The position numbers and the translations under genes were made by a program. Shown here piece by piece: positions 13,511 through 26,633 of a stretch of 64,000 nucleotides of DNA. The DNA is taken from the NCBI RefSeq assembly GCF_006345805.1, contig NC_043001.1, forward strand, positions 68,076,001-68,140,000. Reading direction: 5' to 3'. The stretch comes from Octopus sinensis. Lineage: Eukaryota. Numbering within the stretch: the first letter of the stretch is position 1; the number at the start of each line of letters is the position of its first letter. Under the pieces are notes generated by a model that saw nothing but the letters and a program-made list of their open reading frames with translations, did not search any database and had not been told where the DNA came from.

Positions 13511-14078
13511 ATTACTGTAAAGTCTCCTAGTTATTTTATAAGCAGTGGAAAGAAGTAAATATACATACACACACACACACACAACCGCACAAACGCACGC
13601 TCGAATACGACAACACGCACAGAGGCATGCAGACACACACGCAGCCGTACAGACACACACAGATAAGCGCGTACACATACACACATACACACAAATACAC
13701 ACGTGGGCACGTACATACACACATATTCATGCATATAGATGCTTACAATCTTGGTCAATAAATACAAATGTTTAATAACTGAACATTACATCATTTTCGA
13801 CTCGTATGTTGACGCTAATTTCACACACGGCAGGCACTATTCAAAACTAAACACGCAATATTTGTAAGGTGTTAATTAGAGAGTATAAGCATTGAATTAA
13901 TGAGGAACATTGAAGTCTAAATGTGTGAGATCACGTGTGTTATATGAACATAGTGGCCAGCTGAAAAGGAACACTTACATACATGCAGACGTACAAGCGC
14001 ACAGACATATGTGTACATATAAACATTCATTCATATATGAAGGTACATATGTACACATAATGTATTAATATATATATA

Positions 14079-14130
<52 letters not shown>

Positions 14131-14224
14131 TGGTGTGTGTGGGTGTGTGGTGTGTGTGTGCGTGGTGTGTATGTGTGTATGTGTGTGTGTGTATTATATA
14201 TATATATATATAGCTAAATCAAAA

Positions 14225-15150
14225 GTAAAATATAAAAAGAACAGGAAAACAACTAAAGTCAAAAGGACATACACAGGGAATGTATTAGACTGACGCTCAG
14301 AGAAAGTTTAAAATAGAGAAAAAAAACGGGATATGACGTTTCCAGCCCGGTGCTTCGTCAGGAAGAGGAAAGAGAAAAACGTTAAGAGAGATGAAAAAAG
14401 GATAGTCCAAGAAAAGCGCGTGTGTCATTACATTGTTAACTAACCGGAAGTGGAGAGAGATAATAAGTGGTTTTTGCAGGTAGGAAAGTACAAAAATGGT
14501 CACTCTGTGTGTGTGTGTGTGTGTATGTGTGTGTGTGCATGTGTGTTTATATGGGTGATTTGTGTATGAATGAGTGAAGCGAACGGGCTAATAGCAATAG
14601 TGAGATTTAGTGACGGATGGACGTGTGTCTGAGAGGTGAAGTAATGTGTGTGAGGCGTAGGTATTGCTGTGTTTGTATGAGTGAATTTGTAGCGGTGTGT
14701 GTGCATATGTATGTGTATATATATGTTTGTGTGTGTCTTCGTAGATGCGTGAGTGTGTCTCGGCGTGGGTGGACAGTTTTGCGTATATGTTTGGATATGG
14801 AAACGTGCGTATTTGTGTGTGCCATAAATATGTTTGTAGTGTGTAACGGTGTAAGTTATGTATATGAATGTGTGGAAGTGTGTAGAAGATAAATTAACAA
14901 TGAAAAATAAAAAAACAAAACATTTTAAAAACTTAAACAATTTAAAAAATTAATCAAAAAATTAATTTTAAAAATTAAAAATTAAATTAAATTGAAAAAT
15001 AATAAAAAGGAAAATGAAGGTTGAATCTCTTACAAGAAGGTGGTGGGATTAAAGTCCATCTATGAGTCTGTAGTGTAAAAATGAAGCGCTGTTCTTGCCG
15101 AAGTCTGTTGTGGTGGTTCCACAGGCTGTGAGACGTTTTTGTGAGTGGTT
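14225..15150 (-). mobile_element. Penelope-like 3' end: ORF tail, CA-rich 3' UTR, hammerhead-like core
   Basis: Minus strand HNRLRQEQRFIFTLQTH...GL (GIY-YIG C-terminus-like). CTGACGA agc accgg gctg GAAAC GTC at about 14330-14366, without helix I. Confidence 0.6.
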
Positions 15151-15392
15151 GATATATATATAGATATAATATATATATATATATATAGATTATATATTAT
15201 ATATATATCTTTGTATATATATATAAATATATATGTTATAATAAAATATATGTCTATATGTATACGTATATGTATATGTATATGTAATATATATATATAT
15301 ATATATATGTAGGTCCGGGTTGATCTGGGTTAACCACAGTAAGTAAGGTACTCAATACATAGCAGAGTAAAAATTAATTATTATATAGAAGG

Positions 15393-15443
15393 AGCTTCTA
15401 CAGGGCTAGTACTGTTTCATTCAAGAGAAATCTTCAGGAAGCT
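15393..15443 (-). ncRNA. Type I hammerhead ribozyme with closed helix III
   Basis: agcttc CTGAAGA t-ttc-tctt-gaa-t GAAA cag-tactagcc-ctg TA^ gaagct. Helix I is 6 bp, helix III 4 bp, GUA triplet. It lies in a PLE-like repeat at about 15310-15555. Confidence 0.7.
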
Positions 15444-15697
15444 ATTAACAAGAATTGTATTAGCATTTATACATTTAGGCAGGTTTAAAGGAGTGGTGGT
15501 GGGGACTTTTTGGGGGTAGGCATAGCGCAAAATATCATACTTGGGGGAGTGGTCAAGGAGTCAGTGGTAAGTTAGATGAGAGAATAGATAAATAAAAAAT
15601 AAAAATAAAAAATAAAAATAGAAAATAAAAATAAAAAATAAAATGTGTGCACATACATACATAAAACATATACATACACACACACATACGTACACAT

Positions 15698-15797
15698 NNN
15701 NNNNNNNNNNNNNNNNNNNNNNNNNNNNNNNNNNNNNNNNNNNNNNNNNNNNNNNNNNNNNNNNNNNNNNNNNNNNNNNNNNNNNNNNNNNNNNNNN
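15698..15797. other. Assembly gap (100 N)
   Basis: Run of exactly 100 N; adjacency across it is not sequence-supported. Confidence 1.
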
Positions 15798-15958
15798 CAT
15801 AGACAACGGTTTCGGTTTTGCTAATCATGACTAAGAAATTGGTGAAAATATTACAATTTCATAGTTTCATATAAAAGTTTTTAGTCCATGTTAGTAGCAG
15901 GAAAGTTGTTCTGTAAATGAATCAGTAGCTAAATAAATCTAAGGTAGGTTATTATATA

Positions 15959-17100
15959 CAGGGTAATCGGGCTATATTTGAAAGTTTTCATAAAAGGCAA
16001 ACATAACACGATATCACTTCCAGAAATAAAGTGTTTTAAAACATCAAAAAATTTCAACACGATTATGGCTGGGTGATAAATGTTTACTCTAAGTTGCCGT
16101 CCTCAGCTTTCACTACGTTTCTAACTGTGTTGCTTGGAAGATCTTCGAATACTTCCTTGATCTTGGCTTCCAACTCGGTCTTGGTGTTGCAGCAGAGCGG
16201 TTGATGTCTTTCTCAAACAAACCACACACATAGTAATCCGGGAGATTACAATCGGAGGAATTAAGAGGCCAGAAATTGGGGCTGGTGAAATAGAAATTCT
16301 TCGACAACCACTTTTGACTCTTTCAGGAGGTATAGCAAGGAGCCGAATCCTGCTGCTTCGCATATGGTCTTCTAGCAGCAAACCTTTCCAGTCAGGGTTT
16401 GACCAAAGAATCCAGCGGCTTTCCATAGCAGTTTGAATTGAGCCTAAGAATCCTTTCAAAGATATAGGGCATGAAGTCTCTCTTACTGGAGAGACACTCA
16501 CAGACCATTGCGGTTTGGAGGAACTGAGCTCTCATGATACGTGGGTCATCACATGAATTTTAAGTAAGCTATCTGTCGTTCTGGGTGTTGTGCAACTAGT
16601 CTGGCAGAATTTCTTTGCATCTAGTAAGAACTAGAATATTTTCGGTTCTGAAAGGATCCCTCAGCTTGTCCTGGAGCTACTTTGTCTTCATCAAACGATT
16701 CTCCTTGACCATGGCTACCAGCATTTGTCCCTTTGCCCCGTGTACGAGTAGTTGCAAAGGTCCTCATACAGGGTCAGTTTAATGACGGTGACTTCAACAT
16801 CTATCTCTCCTGCTAAAGCCCGTATTCTCTTGTTCGGATCTTACACCACCTCCTGCCTTTTGATGGAGGAATTTCGGTGTGCAGACGCAGATAGAACGCT
16901 TGCTGTGTCACTTTCTGCTGACCACGGCTTCATAGTCTCCAGTGTAGCTATCCATGTCACATCTTACAGAATTTACTGGGTTCACAGAGCACTGAGAAGC
17001 AATCACGTGGACATTTTGATATCCGGTGCGAATCATTAGGATAGAGCTAACTCTTTTACAATATTCAGATGACTTCCAATCTTAAAAAAGATAACATCAA
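15959..17100 (-). mobile_element. Decayed Tc1/mariner transposon (maT/DD37D-like)
   Basis: Frameshifted remnants NTQNDR and PNFWPLNSSDCNLPDYYVCG; ends TA|cagggtaatcggg. Same type as 58515-59296. Confidence 0.8.
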
Positions 17101-17479
17101 ATATAAGTTCCAGTCAGGCAAGGTGTCAGACAAGCAGATATTATCTCACCGCATGTGTACAAATGGTCATTAGAAACATTGACTGGACGGAATGTCAACG
17201 ACGAGTTACTAACACACCCATGTTTCGCAGGTCGGCTGCAGGTCATGCTGATAAGCGGTAGACACGCGAAGCTGAGCAATAGATTTTCAAATGAATCTCA
17301 TGAAAAAATACATTCGTACCGAAAACAGCATAAGGCCGAATAGAAGCGAAAAGTTATGAAACAGAGAAATTAGAGGAATATCTACTTAGCTCACACAGTG
17401 AATATGTGCCGAGATGGGAAATGTTTACCTAAATAAAGTTTGTGCTTCTGCACAACCTATATTTAAGTAAACATCTGGA

Positions 17480-17900
17480 CAAGACCACACGTTCCAGACC
17501 CTTAAATACTACCGTCCTTACTGCACCCTTCTACAAATGAGGTGTGGGCTACTATGAAGAACGAATAGCATCGATTGGCGACGACGCAAAAGGCTATGGA
17601 AATATCTATGCTTGGAATAACATTGCGAGAGCATATTCGAAAGTAGATACTCCAAGAATGGAGCTAAGTGAATGACATGATTGGAGAATACAGCAAGCAT
17701 AAGTTCTTCCTTGCCGGACATATATCAAAGTAAACAGACAACAGGTCGATCCGAGAAGTTGCCGAGTGATGTATCAGAGATCGGAAAAGGCCACTCGGAA
17801 GTCCGCTACGTCAACGGAAGATGATTTAGTTAAACAATTTGAGCAAAGATGGAAAAGAATGGTGCAATAAAGAATCGGAAGTGCATTGCGACTATCCAAT
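17480..17900 (+). mobile_element. RTE LINE 3' ORF2 remnant
   Basis: RLATTQKAMEISMLGITLREHIR...LAGHI...KRPLGSP...DDLVKQF resembles the RTE C-terminus. Confidence 0.75.
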
Positions 17901-17904
17901 AGTC

Positions 17905-18122
17905 CGTCGATATGTGTGTGTGTGCGTGCGCGTACACGCACACATACTTATACACACACAATGGGCTTCTTTCAGTTTCCGTCTACCAAATCCACTCGCA
18001 AGGCTTTGGTCGGTCGAAGGCTATAGTAGAAGACACTTGTCCAAAATGCCACATAGTGAGACTGAACCCGGAACCATGTGACTCGGAAGTAAGCGTCATA
18101 CTGCACAGCCATGCCTACGCCT
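17905..18122 (-). mobile_element. SINE A 5' half
   Basis: Head-to-microsatellite segment homologous to 12405-12570. Confidence 0.85.
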
Positions 18123-18514
18123 GACTTTCAGGTGTTTTTTTTTTTTACACCGGGCGCACAGAGAATATATTTATCTTACGTCTAAAAACCGAAGCTGACC
18201 CACGAACAGCACATACTTTGTGTATGTGTATTTGATTTTGTTCGTATATATAGATATATGTGTGTGTATACACACATACATATATGTAATACTTTATATT
18301 ATTTATGTAGTACACTCACATATATAAATCAATGTGGTTGAACAAAGTGCAAAAATAGAACCGAGTAAATGAGTTTATGTATTCATTTACTTTTAATCGA
18401 ATGAAAGTTACAAAGTTACTCGAGAGCTGAGAGTTTCGCAGATGTCACGTATCAAACTTGAGTAAATTTTGTAACTTTCTGCAGGTTCATTTACTTTCAT
18501 TTATTTATTGTACT

Positions 18515-18726
18515 TTTTCTAGTCATCTGACTACGGCTATGCTGGAGTACCGCCTTTAGTCGAACAAATCAACCCCAGGACTTATTCTATCGGTTTCTTT
18601 TGCTGAGCTGCTAAGTTACGGGCACGTAAACACACGAACATCAGTTTTCATGTGAAGGTGGGGGTACAAGCACAGACACGTGCAAATATATACATACATA
18701 CACACATACATACATACATACATACA

Positions 18727-18758
<32 letters not shown>

Positions 18759-18786
18759 CATACATATATATATATATATATATATT

Positions 18787-18818
<32 letters not shown>

Positions 18819-18935
18819 TGTATGTATGTATGTATGTATGTATGTATACGACGGGGTTCTTTCAGTTTCCGTCAACCAAATCCACTCACAACCATGTGGT
18901 TTGGAAGCAAGCTTCTTACCACACAACCACACTGA
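18515..18935 (-). mobile_element. SINE A copy with expanded internal (TACA)n/(TATG)n
   Basis: Tail half 18515-18680, microsatellite 18680-18848, internally deleted head half. Confidence 0.8.
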
Positions 18936-19236
18936 TAATAAATAAAATATATCAACAGACACACACAAACAGTTCACTGATGAGAATCATATCCTAGGTA
19001 TAGAATTCGCTTAGTTGTGGTCAAGAGGTTTAAACTTGGGCGAGTATAGAAGTAAATATAAAGTATATTAAATACATGAAATACAAAAAATGCATATATA
19101 GATTTTATATACATATATTCATTTTTTGTATTTCATGTATTTAATATAATCTGTATATTGATCTTCCTAACCTACATACATACATACATACATACATACA
19201 TACATACATACATACATACATACATACTACATACAG

Positions 19237-19267
<31 letters not shown>

Positions 19268-20059
19268 TATATGTATATATGTACATATAATAATAATTAT
19301 ATATAGAAGTATATACATACATGAGTGTGTGTATGCGTAAGCATATATATATGGAAATCACGGATGTGAAGTAGAGGAATGTTACGGAAAATCCTCCTTG
19401 CTCCTGTGATTAAAGAAAACGGCGGTTATCAGAAGCACACTTTCGCATACAATTTCCGCCTATTCTCAGTTCAACTGTTAAGTAATATCCTTGACCTTAT
19501 GACAAAACTTACGCTGCGCAATCACTAGCCTACAACGACGCCTACAGCAATGTACTTTTCTGACTAACTATCAAGTGACATAAATACTCACACACACAAA
19601 CACGCAAAGACACATAACACGCCCGCAAGACACACACTACACATTCACACAAACATGTTTAAGACATATACATGCAGATACATATACGAACGTGTATACT
19701 CGTCCATTTAATCCGACCTTCTTTTTAACATCGCCACCTTGTGCTGATTGCCTAGAGCGGCGTCCTCTCTGTTGCAATCATTAAAGCTTTGTCTCTGGTT
19801 CGAAAACAACCTGCATCTTGATCCCCCCTCCCACCTTCAGGGCCTTGAAAAGGGTCAAGGGCAATGCTCTTTCACAGTTGACTAAAAACACAGGAGCACC
19901 GAAGCAGGTAGGGCCAGACGCCCTCAAACATAGGCACGTACACGCACACACGCACATAGGGACATATTCACACAGACTCACACACACACATATGAATACG
20001 CTAATCCTCGTTGACACACACACACATACACACACACACACACACAACCATATGTGTAC

Positions 20060-20530
20060 ATATATCTCATCTTTTACCTGTCTCAGTCATTAGACTGCAG
20101 CCATGCTGGAGCACCGCTACTGAGGAATTCTAGTCGAACTAATCGACTCCACTACTTATATATTTTGTAAAGCTAGGTACGTATTTTGTCAGTCTCTTTT
20201 ACTGAATCGCTAGGTTACGGGGACGTAAATACACCAACACCGACCGTCAAGCGGTGGTGGGGGCAAACTGAGACACAACGACATACACGTAAATACATGC
20301 AAAATTATATATACATACGTATACATAAAAATATACATGCATACGTATACACACACACACATACATGTATATAGGCGCTAGGGTGGTTGTGTGGTAAGGA
20401 GCTTCCTTCCCAACCACATACTTTAGGTTTCAGTCCCACTGCTTGGCACCTTGTCTTCTACTGTAGCTTCGGGCCTACTAAAGCCTTGTGAGAGGATTTG
20501 GTAGATGGGAACTGAAAGAAGCCCGTCGTC
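20060..20530. mobile_element. SINE A 3' half (-, 20060-20300) and SINE A 5' half (+, 20374-20530)
   Basis: Homology to the corresponding halves of 12405-12820. Confidence 0.8.
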
Positions 20531-20554
20531 GTATATATATATATATATATATAT

Positions 20555-20760
20555 CTAGACAAGCTGCTTTCCGGGATCCCAGATGAACCCACTGCAACGG
20601 TACGCGGGGTAACGGCTACGAAGGCTAAGGGCAGCAGCTACAAACTCTCTCTTAGATCAGTGGCCAGCCACGGCAAACTGGACTTAGAGAGGGTAGCAAC
20701 AAGGGCGGTGCCCCAGCATGGCCTCAGCCGGATGGCTGAAACAAGTAAAAGAGTAAAAGA
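20555..20760 (+). mobile_element. 5'-truncated LINE 3' end (CR1/L2/Jockey group) whose 3' UTR matches the SINE A tail
   Basis: LDKLLSGIPDEP...(frameshift)RAAATNSLLDQ, followed by ggcggtgccccagcatggcc...ctgaaacaagtaaaagagtaaaaga. Confidence 0.7.
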
Positions 20761-20802
20761 GATATGTATGTATATATTCATATATACACACATACATACT
20801 CT

Positions 20803-21203
20803 TTTACTCTTTACTCTTTACTTGTTTCAGTCATTTGACTGCGGCCATGCTGGAGCACCGCCTTTAATCGAGCAAATCGCCCCCGGGACTTATTCTTTGT
20901 AAGCCAGTACTTATTCTATCGGTCTCTTTTGACGACCGCTAATGACGGGGAGGTAAACACACCAGCATCGGTGTCAAGCAATGCTAGGGGACAAACACAG
21001 ACACACACATATACACACACACTTATAATATATACATATATACGACAGGCTTCTTTCAGTTTCCGTCTACCAAATCCACTCACAAGGCATTGGTCAGCCC
21101 GGGGCTATAGCAGAAGACATTTACCCAAGATGTCACGCAGTGGGACTGAACCGGAACCATGTGGTTGGTTAGCAAGCTGCTTCCACACAGCCACTCCTGC
21201 GCC
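20803..21203 (-). mobile_element. Complete SINE A copy
   Basis: Full-length reverse-complement match to 12405-12820. Confidence 0.95.
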
Positions 21204-21218
21204 TATGTACATATACAT

Positions 21219-21283
<65 letters not shown>

Positions 21284-21580
21284 ACGTTTAGTAGATGAAA
21301 CTTAGCGACTGAAGAAGGGGATTTTTCGTTGTGCTTATTGTCCTGTATCTCTTTTTGCTTGTCTTGTTCCTTGGTTTGTGTCTATGTTTTTCGTCTCTCT
21401 ATGTGTTCGACGTCTTTTTGGTGTCCTGTACCATATATGCGTGTATATGTACATGTAGAGTAGTACGTACATATATGTTTATATATATGCATATGTTCTA
21501 TTTTATTAACATATATTATATATATATATATATATTATATATAATATATATATATATAATATATATATATATATTATATA

Positions 21581-21635
<55 letters not shown>

Positions 21636-21638
<3 letters not shown>

Positions 21639-21881
21639 AGGTGCAAGGGCCCAGTGGTTAGGGCAGCGGACTCGCGGTTGTAGGATCGCGGTTTCGATTC
21701 CCAGACCGGGCGTTGTGAGTGTTTATTGAGCTAAAAAACCTAAAGCCCCACGAGGCTCACTCTTTCTTATGTTGGCCTGCTAGCTTAGCCAGCGGGGTGG
21801 CGTCATTTGAAGGCTAAAACAATGCGAAACGCATTGTGACCAGCGATGTGTAGCAACATCTGATAGCCTGGTCGGTCACGG

Positions 21882-21886
<5 letters not shown>
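21636..21886 (+). mobile_element. tRNA-derived SINE family B
   Basis: tggaggtgcaagggcccagtggttagggcagcggactcg...ggtttcgattcccagacc (box A/B); head shared with 29242-29487 and 54018-54212. Confidence 0.9.
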
Positions 21887-21914
<28 letters not shown>

Positions 21915-21917
<3 letters not shown>

Positions 21918-22375
21918 CTCAACTTGTGTGTCTATGTGTGTATCTGTGTGTATGTCTGTGCGTTTAACTTCCCGGCACATCTCCTCCTAGCCAACAAATT
22001 GTAGAACCACCAAAAATGGGACACTTAAAGTTTAGGCGAATGAAAATTGAACTGCGCTATTTCTGTTCCGAAAAATCGATAATGTGTTTGTTTAGGCCTT
22101 ATCCCATGCATTGAATAGTGAACTTTACTCACCACTGTGTTCACCACGCATGCATGCATGCGTAAATTGCATGAAAAATAAAAAATCAAGATATAAAAGC
22201 GAATCGCCGTAAACATTGTAGAAATTCGCCAAAGAAATGAATTTTCGGGATGTAGCCTGGAGGGTTTTTTCGTATTAATTGTTTGGACTTTGTGAACACC
22301 TACCAATTGTTTTCATAACATTTTTAACGCTTTGAATTAAATGTGACCATTTTGCAAACCGGGCGATACTGCTAG
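21915..22375 (+). mobile_element. Non-autonomous Helitron-like element
   Basis: 3' end gcaaaccgggcgatactgCTAG|T. The 5' part has (TGTC/TG)n and starts within (TA)n; the 5' boundary is uncertain. Confidence 0.55.
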
Positions 22376-22389
22376 TGTTATATATATAT

Positions 22390-22453
<64 letters not shown>

Positions 22454-22670
22454 CACTTATACATGTCTAGCCTGCCTGTATGTATGTATATATGTTTGTA
22501 TGTATGTGTATGTATGTATGTTATATGTATGTATGTATGTATATATATATATATGATTTTGATTTTGATTTTTCCAGTTTAGCTCATGAGCTGTGGCCAT
22601 GCTGGGGCAACCGTCATATATATATATATATTATATTATATCTATATATATATATATATATATAATATGT

Positions 22671-22716
<46 letters not shown>

Positions 22717-22730
22717 GGTGTGTGTGTGAA

Positions 22731-23015
22731 AGAAGGTTTGAAAATGCATAGGTCTTTTAGAGATGTTTATTAACTTGACCGGTTTCACTTTTTTAGAAAA
22801 AGATTATCAAAAGTAAAATGTAAAGCTTTGTATAAGCTTTGTTGTGTTAAGTAGTGCTTATCACAAAAGTAGTAAAATACAGGTATACATTCTTTGATAA
22901 AGATAAGAAAATGTTAAAAAACAGTTTACAAGTAACTATTCATGAAAGGGACTACAATAAGTATTTTGCGTTCAATAAAAATCATGTTTGTTTGGTTGTA
23001 TACACACACACACAC

Positions 23016-23100
<85 letters not shown>

Positions 23101-24791
23101 GAATTTACAAATAATTGGAGAGAAATAACTGACCTATCTGTCTGACATTTTCGGTTTTGTGTGTAGCTAAGGAATGTTTGCTATTTTAAGAGATAGTGTG
23201 GGAGGTTGGTTGGGGCGGGGAAAGAAAAGCAATGTGGATTTTTGGGATGCTTTTGTTTCTGGGCTGGTTTGTCATGGTTCAGTGGTTTTTGGGACTGGTC
23301 TTAGAGGACAGAATTCTGTATGTGTGTATGCGCTCTGTGCACGTCTCTATGTGTGTGTGTATATATATGTGCTTGTGTTTGTGTGTGTGGGCCATTTTTG
23401 GTTGGTCCCATAGTTTATTGTGGTGTGTGTATATGGGTCTGTGTGTGTTTTATATTTGGCAGGATGGTGTGTGTATATGTGTGCACATTTGTGTGTATGT
23501 GTATGTGTGTGATTAATATTTGTCAGGGTGCATGTGTGTGTATGTGTTTGTTCGCGTGTGTGTATGTGTGCGTCTGTGTGTGTGCGTGTGTATGTTTGTG
23601 TGTTTTGTATTGGTGGGGATGTTATGTGTGTACGTGTGTGTGTGTGTGTACGTGAGTGTATGTGTATGTGAGTGTGTGTGTGTACGTGTGTGTGTCTATC
23701 TGAGTATGCTTGTGTTGTTATAATTGTCCTAGTGGTGTGTGTGTGAACAATCGTATGTGCGTGTGAGGGTGCATATGCATGTGTGTGGGGGTATGTGTGG
23801 GGGTATGTGTGGGTGTGTATGTGTGTGTGAGTGTGTTGTATTTATCAGGGGTTCTGTGGATGTCCGTGTGTGTTGCGTTTATCCGGGTGGTGTGTATGTG
23901 TGTGCATGTACGTTCTGTGCATGTTAGTACTGAGTATGCGTTTGTGTGTGTGTGTGTGTATTTGTGGGTATGGTTTATGTAGTTTCCGGATGTGTGTGCA
24001 CATGTGTGTGCACATGTGTGTGCACATGTGTGTGCACATGTGTGTGTATGTTGTATTTGTGAGTGGTTTGCTTTGTGTGTATTGTTAGTGCAGTGTGTGT
24101 ATATACGTGTGGGTGTGTTTGTGTAAGTGTGTCTATGTGTCTTGTATTTGTCCGGGAGGTGTGTGTCATTGTGTGTGTGTGCATGCTTGTGTGTATGTCT
24201 GTGTGTTTGTGCGTGTTTGCTGTGATTGTTGGGATTGTATATGTGTGCGATTTTCTTTTGAGTGTGTGTGTGTGATTTTTTACTGGGGAACGGGCATATT
24301 GTGTTTGTGTGTGTGTGTGTACACATGTGTGCATATATGCGTGTGTGTGAGTGGGTTGTGTTGTATTTGCGTGTTTGTGTGTGTAACTGTGTATGTGTGG
24401 GTGTGTTTGTCTGAGTGTGATGTGTAATTGTCAGGGTGGTGTGTGTAGGTGTATGCATGTACGTGTTTACGTATGTGTGTGTGAGTGTTGGTTATGGTTG
24501 CTAGAATCGTATTGCAAGTGTATATATGTGTTTTTTTCTTGGAATGTATATAGGTTCGTGCTCAAGTGTGGGGAATACTTTCTTGAAAACTTTCTGGTAA
24601 ACTGTTTTTAACATTTTCTTATCATTATCAAAGACTGTATAACTTTATTTTAATACTTTTGTGATATTTTTTAACACAACAAGGCTTAGACAAAGCTTTA
24701 CATTTAACTTTTGATAATCTTTTTCTAAAAAAAGTGAAACCGGTCGAGTCAATAAACATCTCTAAAAGACCGTTGCATTTTCAAACCTTCT
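22731..24791. repeat. Inverted pair of Penelope-like 3' ends (about 200-bp arms) around GT-rich DNA
   Basis: 22731-22930 is the reverse complement of 24596-24791 with scattered mismatches. The arms carry a decayed hammerhead-like motif (ttgataa..gaaaccggtc). A PLE-like ORF remnant lies on the minus strand at 23100-23330. Confidence 0.7.
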
Positions 24792-24833
24792 TCCATATAT
24801 ATTTCCTCTCGTGCGGTACCTTACTTTACTTTG

Positions 24834-24898
<65 letters not shown>

Positions 24899-24922
24899 AT
24901 ATATATATATATATATTATATA

Positions 24923-24959
<37 letters not shown>

Positions 24960-25025
24960 GTGTGTGTGTATGTGTGTGTGTTGTGTTTGTGTGTGTGTGT
25001 TTTGTGCACACATTATATGTATGTG

Positions 25026-25066
<41 letters not shown>

Positions 25067-25067
<1 letters not shown>

Positions 25068-26358
25068 GAGGGACGTTCAATAAGTAATGCCTCTGGCCCA
25101 CTTGCAGTTTTTGGATCTAGCTGAAATTTTGCACGTACAATTATTGATATCTCTATAGATTAAGTGGAAAATTACAGCTCTGAACTAATTGTGGTTTCTG
25201 ATTTACAGGTGTTTGAACTGAGTCAAGGGTGAAATGGAGCCTGTTGAGTGTCGAACAGTGATCCGGTTTTTGTATTTGAAAGGACGCACACCACGGGAGA
25301 CTTTTGCTGAAATGAAAGTAACTTATGGTGATGAAGCCCCATCATATGACCTTGTAAAATGCTGGCATCGTGAATTCAAACATGGTCGGAACTCTGTGGA
25401 AACAGCTCCCAGATCTGGTCGCCCCACTTCTGCCATTGATGAGGTATCTGTCCGTCTAGTTGAGGCTGCCATTTTGGAAGATCGACGCATAACTATTCGC
25501 CAAATAGTCCATGAGGTCAAGATTAGTACCGGGTCTGTGGAAACTATCATTCATGACTATTTGCATATGCAAAAGGTGTCTGCCAGATGGATTCCCAGGT
25601 TGCTCACACCTTTCCAGAAGCAAGAACGCGTCGAGTGCTCGAGGATGAATTTTGAGATGTGCCAAGAAGATGAGTCAAACTTTTTCAAAAGACTGATTAC
25701 ACAGGATGAAACCTGGGTCCATCACTATGATCCAGAGACCAAAGCCCAGTCAATGCAGTGGAAGCACCGTCACTCACCTCCTCCAAAGAAGGCAAGGGTG
25801 CAGCCCTCCACTGGCAAGATCATGCTCACAATCTTCTGGGACCAGGACGGAGTAATGATGACAGATTTCCTGACAAAGGGTACCACAATTACAGGAGCCT
25901 ATTATGCTTCACTTTTGAGGAAATTAAGAGAAGCTATCAAAATCAAGAGGCGGGGCAAGATCAGCAAAAGCATCCTCCTCCTGCAGGACAACGCTCCGGT
26001 CCACAACTCGCGTGTCGCCAGATCAGAAGCACAGGCGTGCGGCTATGAACTCCTCCCTCATCCCCCTACTCTCCTGACCTTGCACCCTCTGATTTTCATC
26101 TCTTCCCAGCCATGAAGTTGTTTTTGAAAGGAAAGCGTTTCCCAGATGATGCAGCCTTGATTTCTGAAGTTACGTCGTGGTTGGAGGACCAAGCTGGTGT
26201 CTTCTACAAAAACGGTCTCCAGAGCTGCATCAAACGATGGGAGAAAGACGTAACTCTGGGTGGTTCCTATGTAGAAAAGGACTAATAACTGCGCCAAGTT
26301 TCGTTGCTCTACTGCTATGGGAAGTGGGTCAGGGGTATTACTTATTGAACGCCCCTCG
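25067..26358 (+). mobile_element. Full-length mariner transposon (1292 bp)
   Basis: TA-flanked TIRs cgagggacgttcaataagtaatgcc / ggtattacttattgaacgcccctcg; internal transposase gene. Confidence 0.97.
25234..26285 (+). CDS. Mariner D,D34D transposase, single -1 indel near 26064
   Basis: HTH region, WIPRLL, TQDETW, LQDNA. Restoring one C in catccccctac gives HPPYSPDLAPSDFHLF...RWEK...YVEKD* ending at 26285. Confidence 0.9.
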
Positions 26359-26595
26359 TATATATAGGCCAATATGTCCCTCTATATGTGGATGTATATA
26401 TGAAACCCACACTTATATAGACATCCACATATTGATACGATTTTGTATTTCTCTGTGTGTGCAAGATTATACGTGGGTATGCAAATGAATTTTATTTTTA
26501 CATGGCTACAATATTTCTTTGTTTTTGTCAACAATAAGTTGCTAATCAACAACACTACACACACACACACAGACACAGACACAGACAGACAGACA

Positions 26596-26633
<38 letters not shown>

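Noticed and set aside
18404-18480. Imperfect hairpin as a pre-miRNA
   Set aside because: About 22-bp mismatched arms with a large unpaired loop; no supporting evidence.
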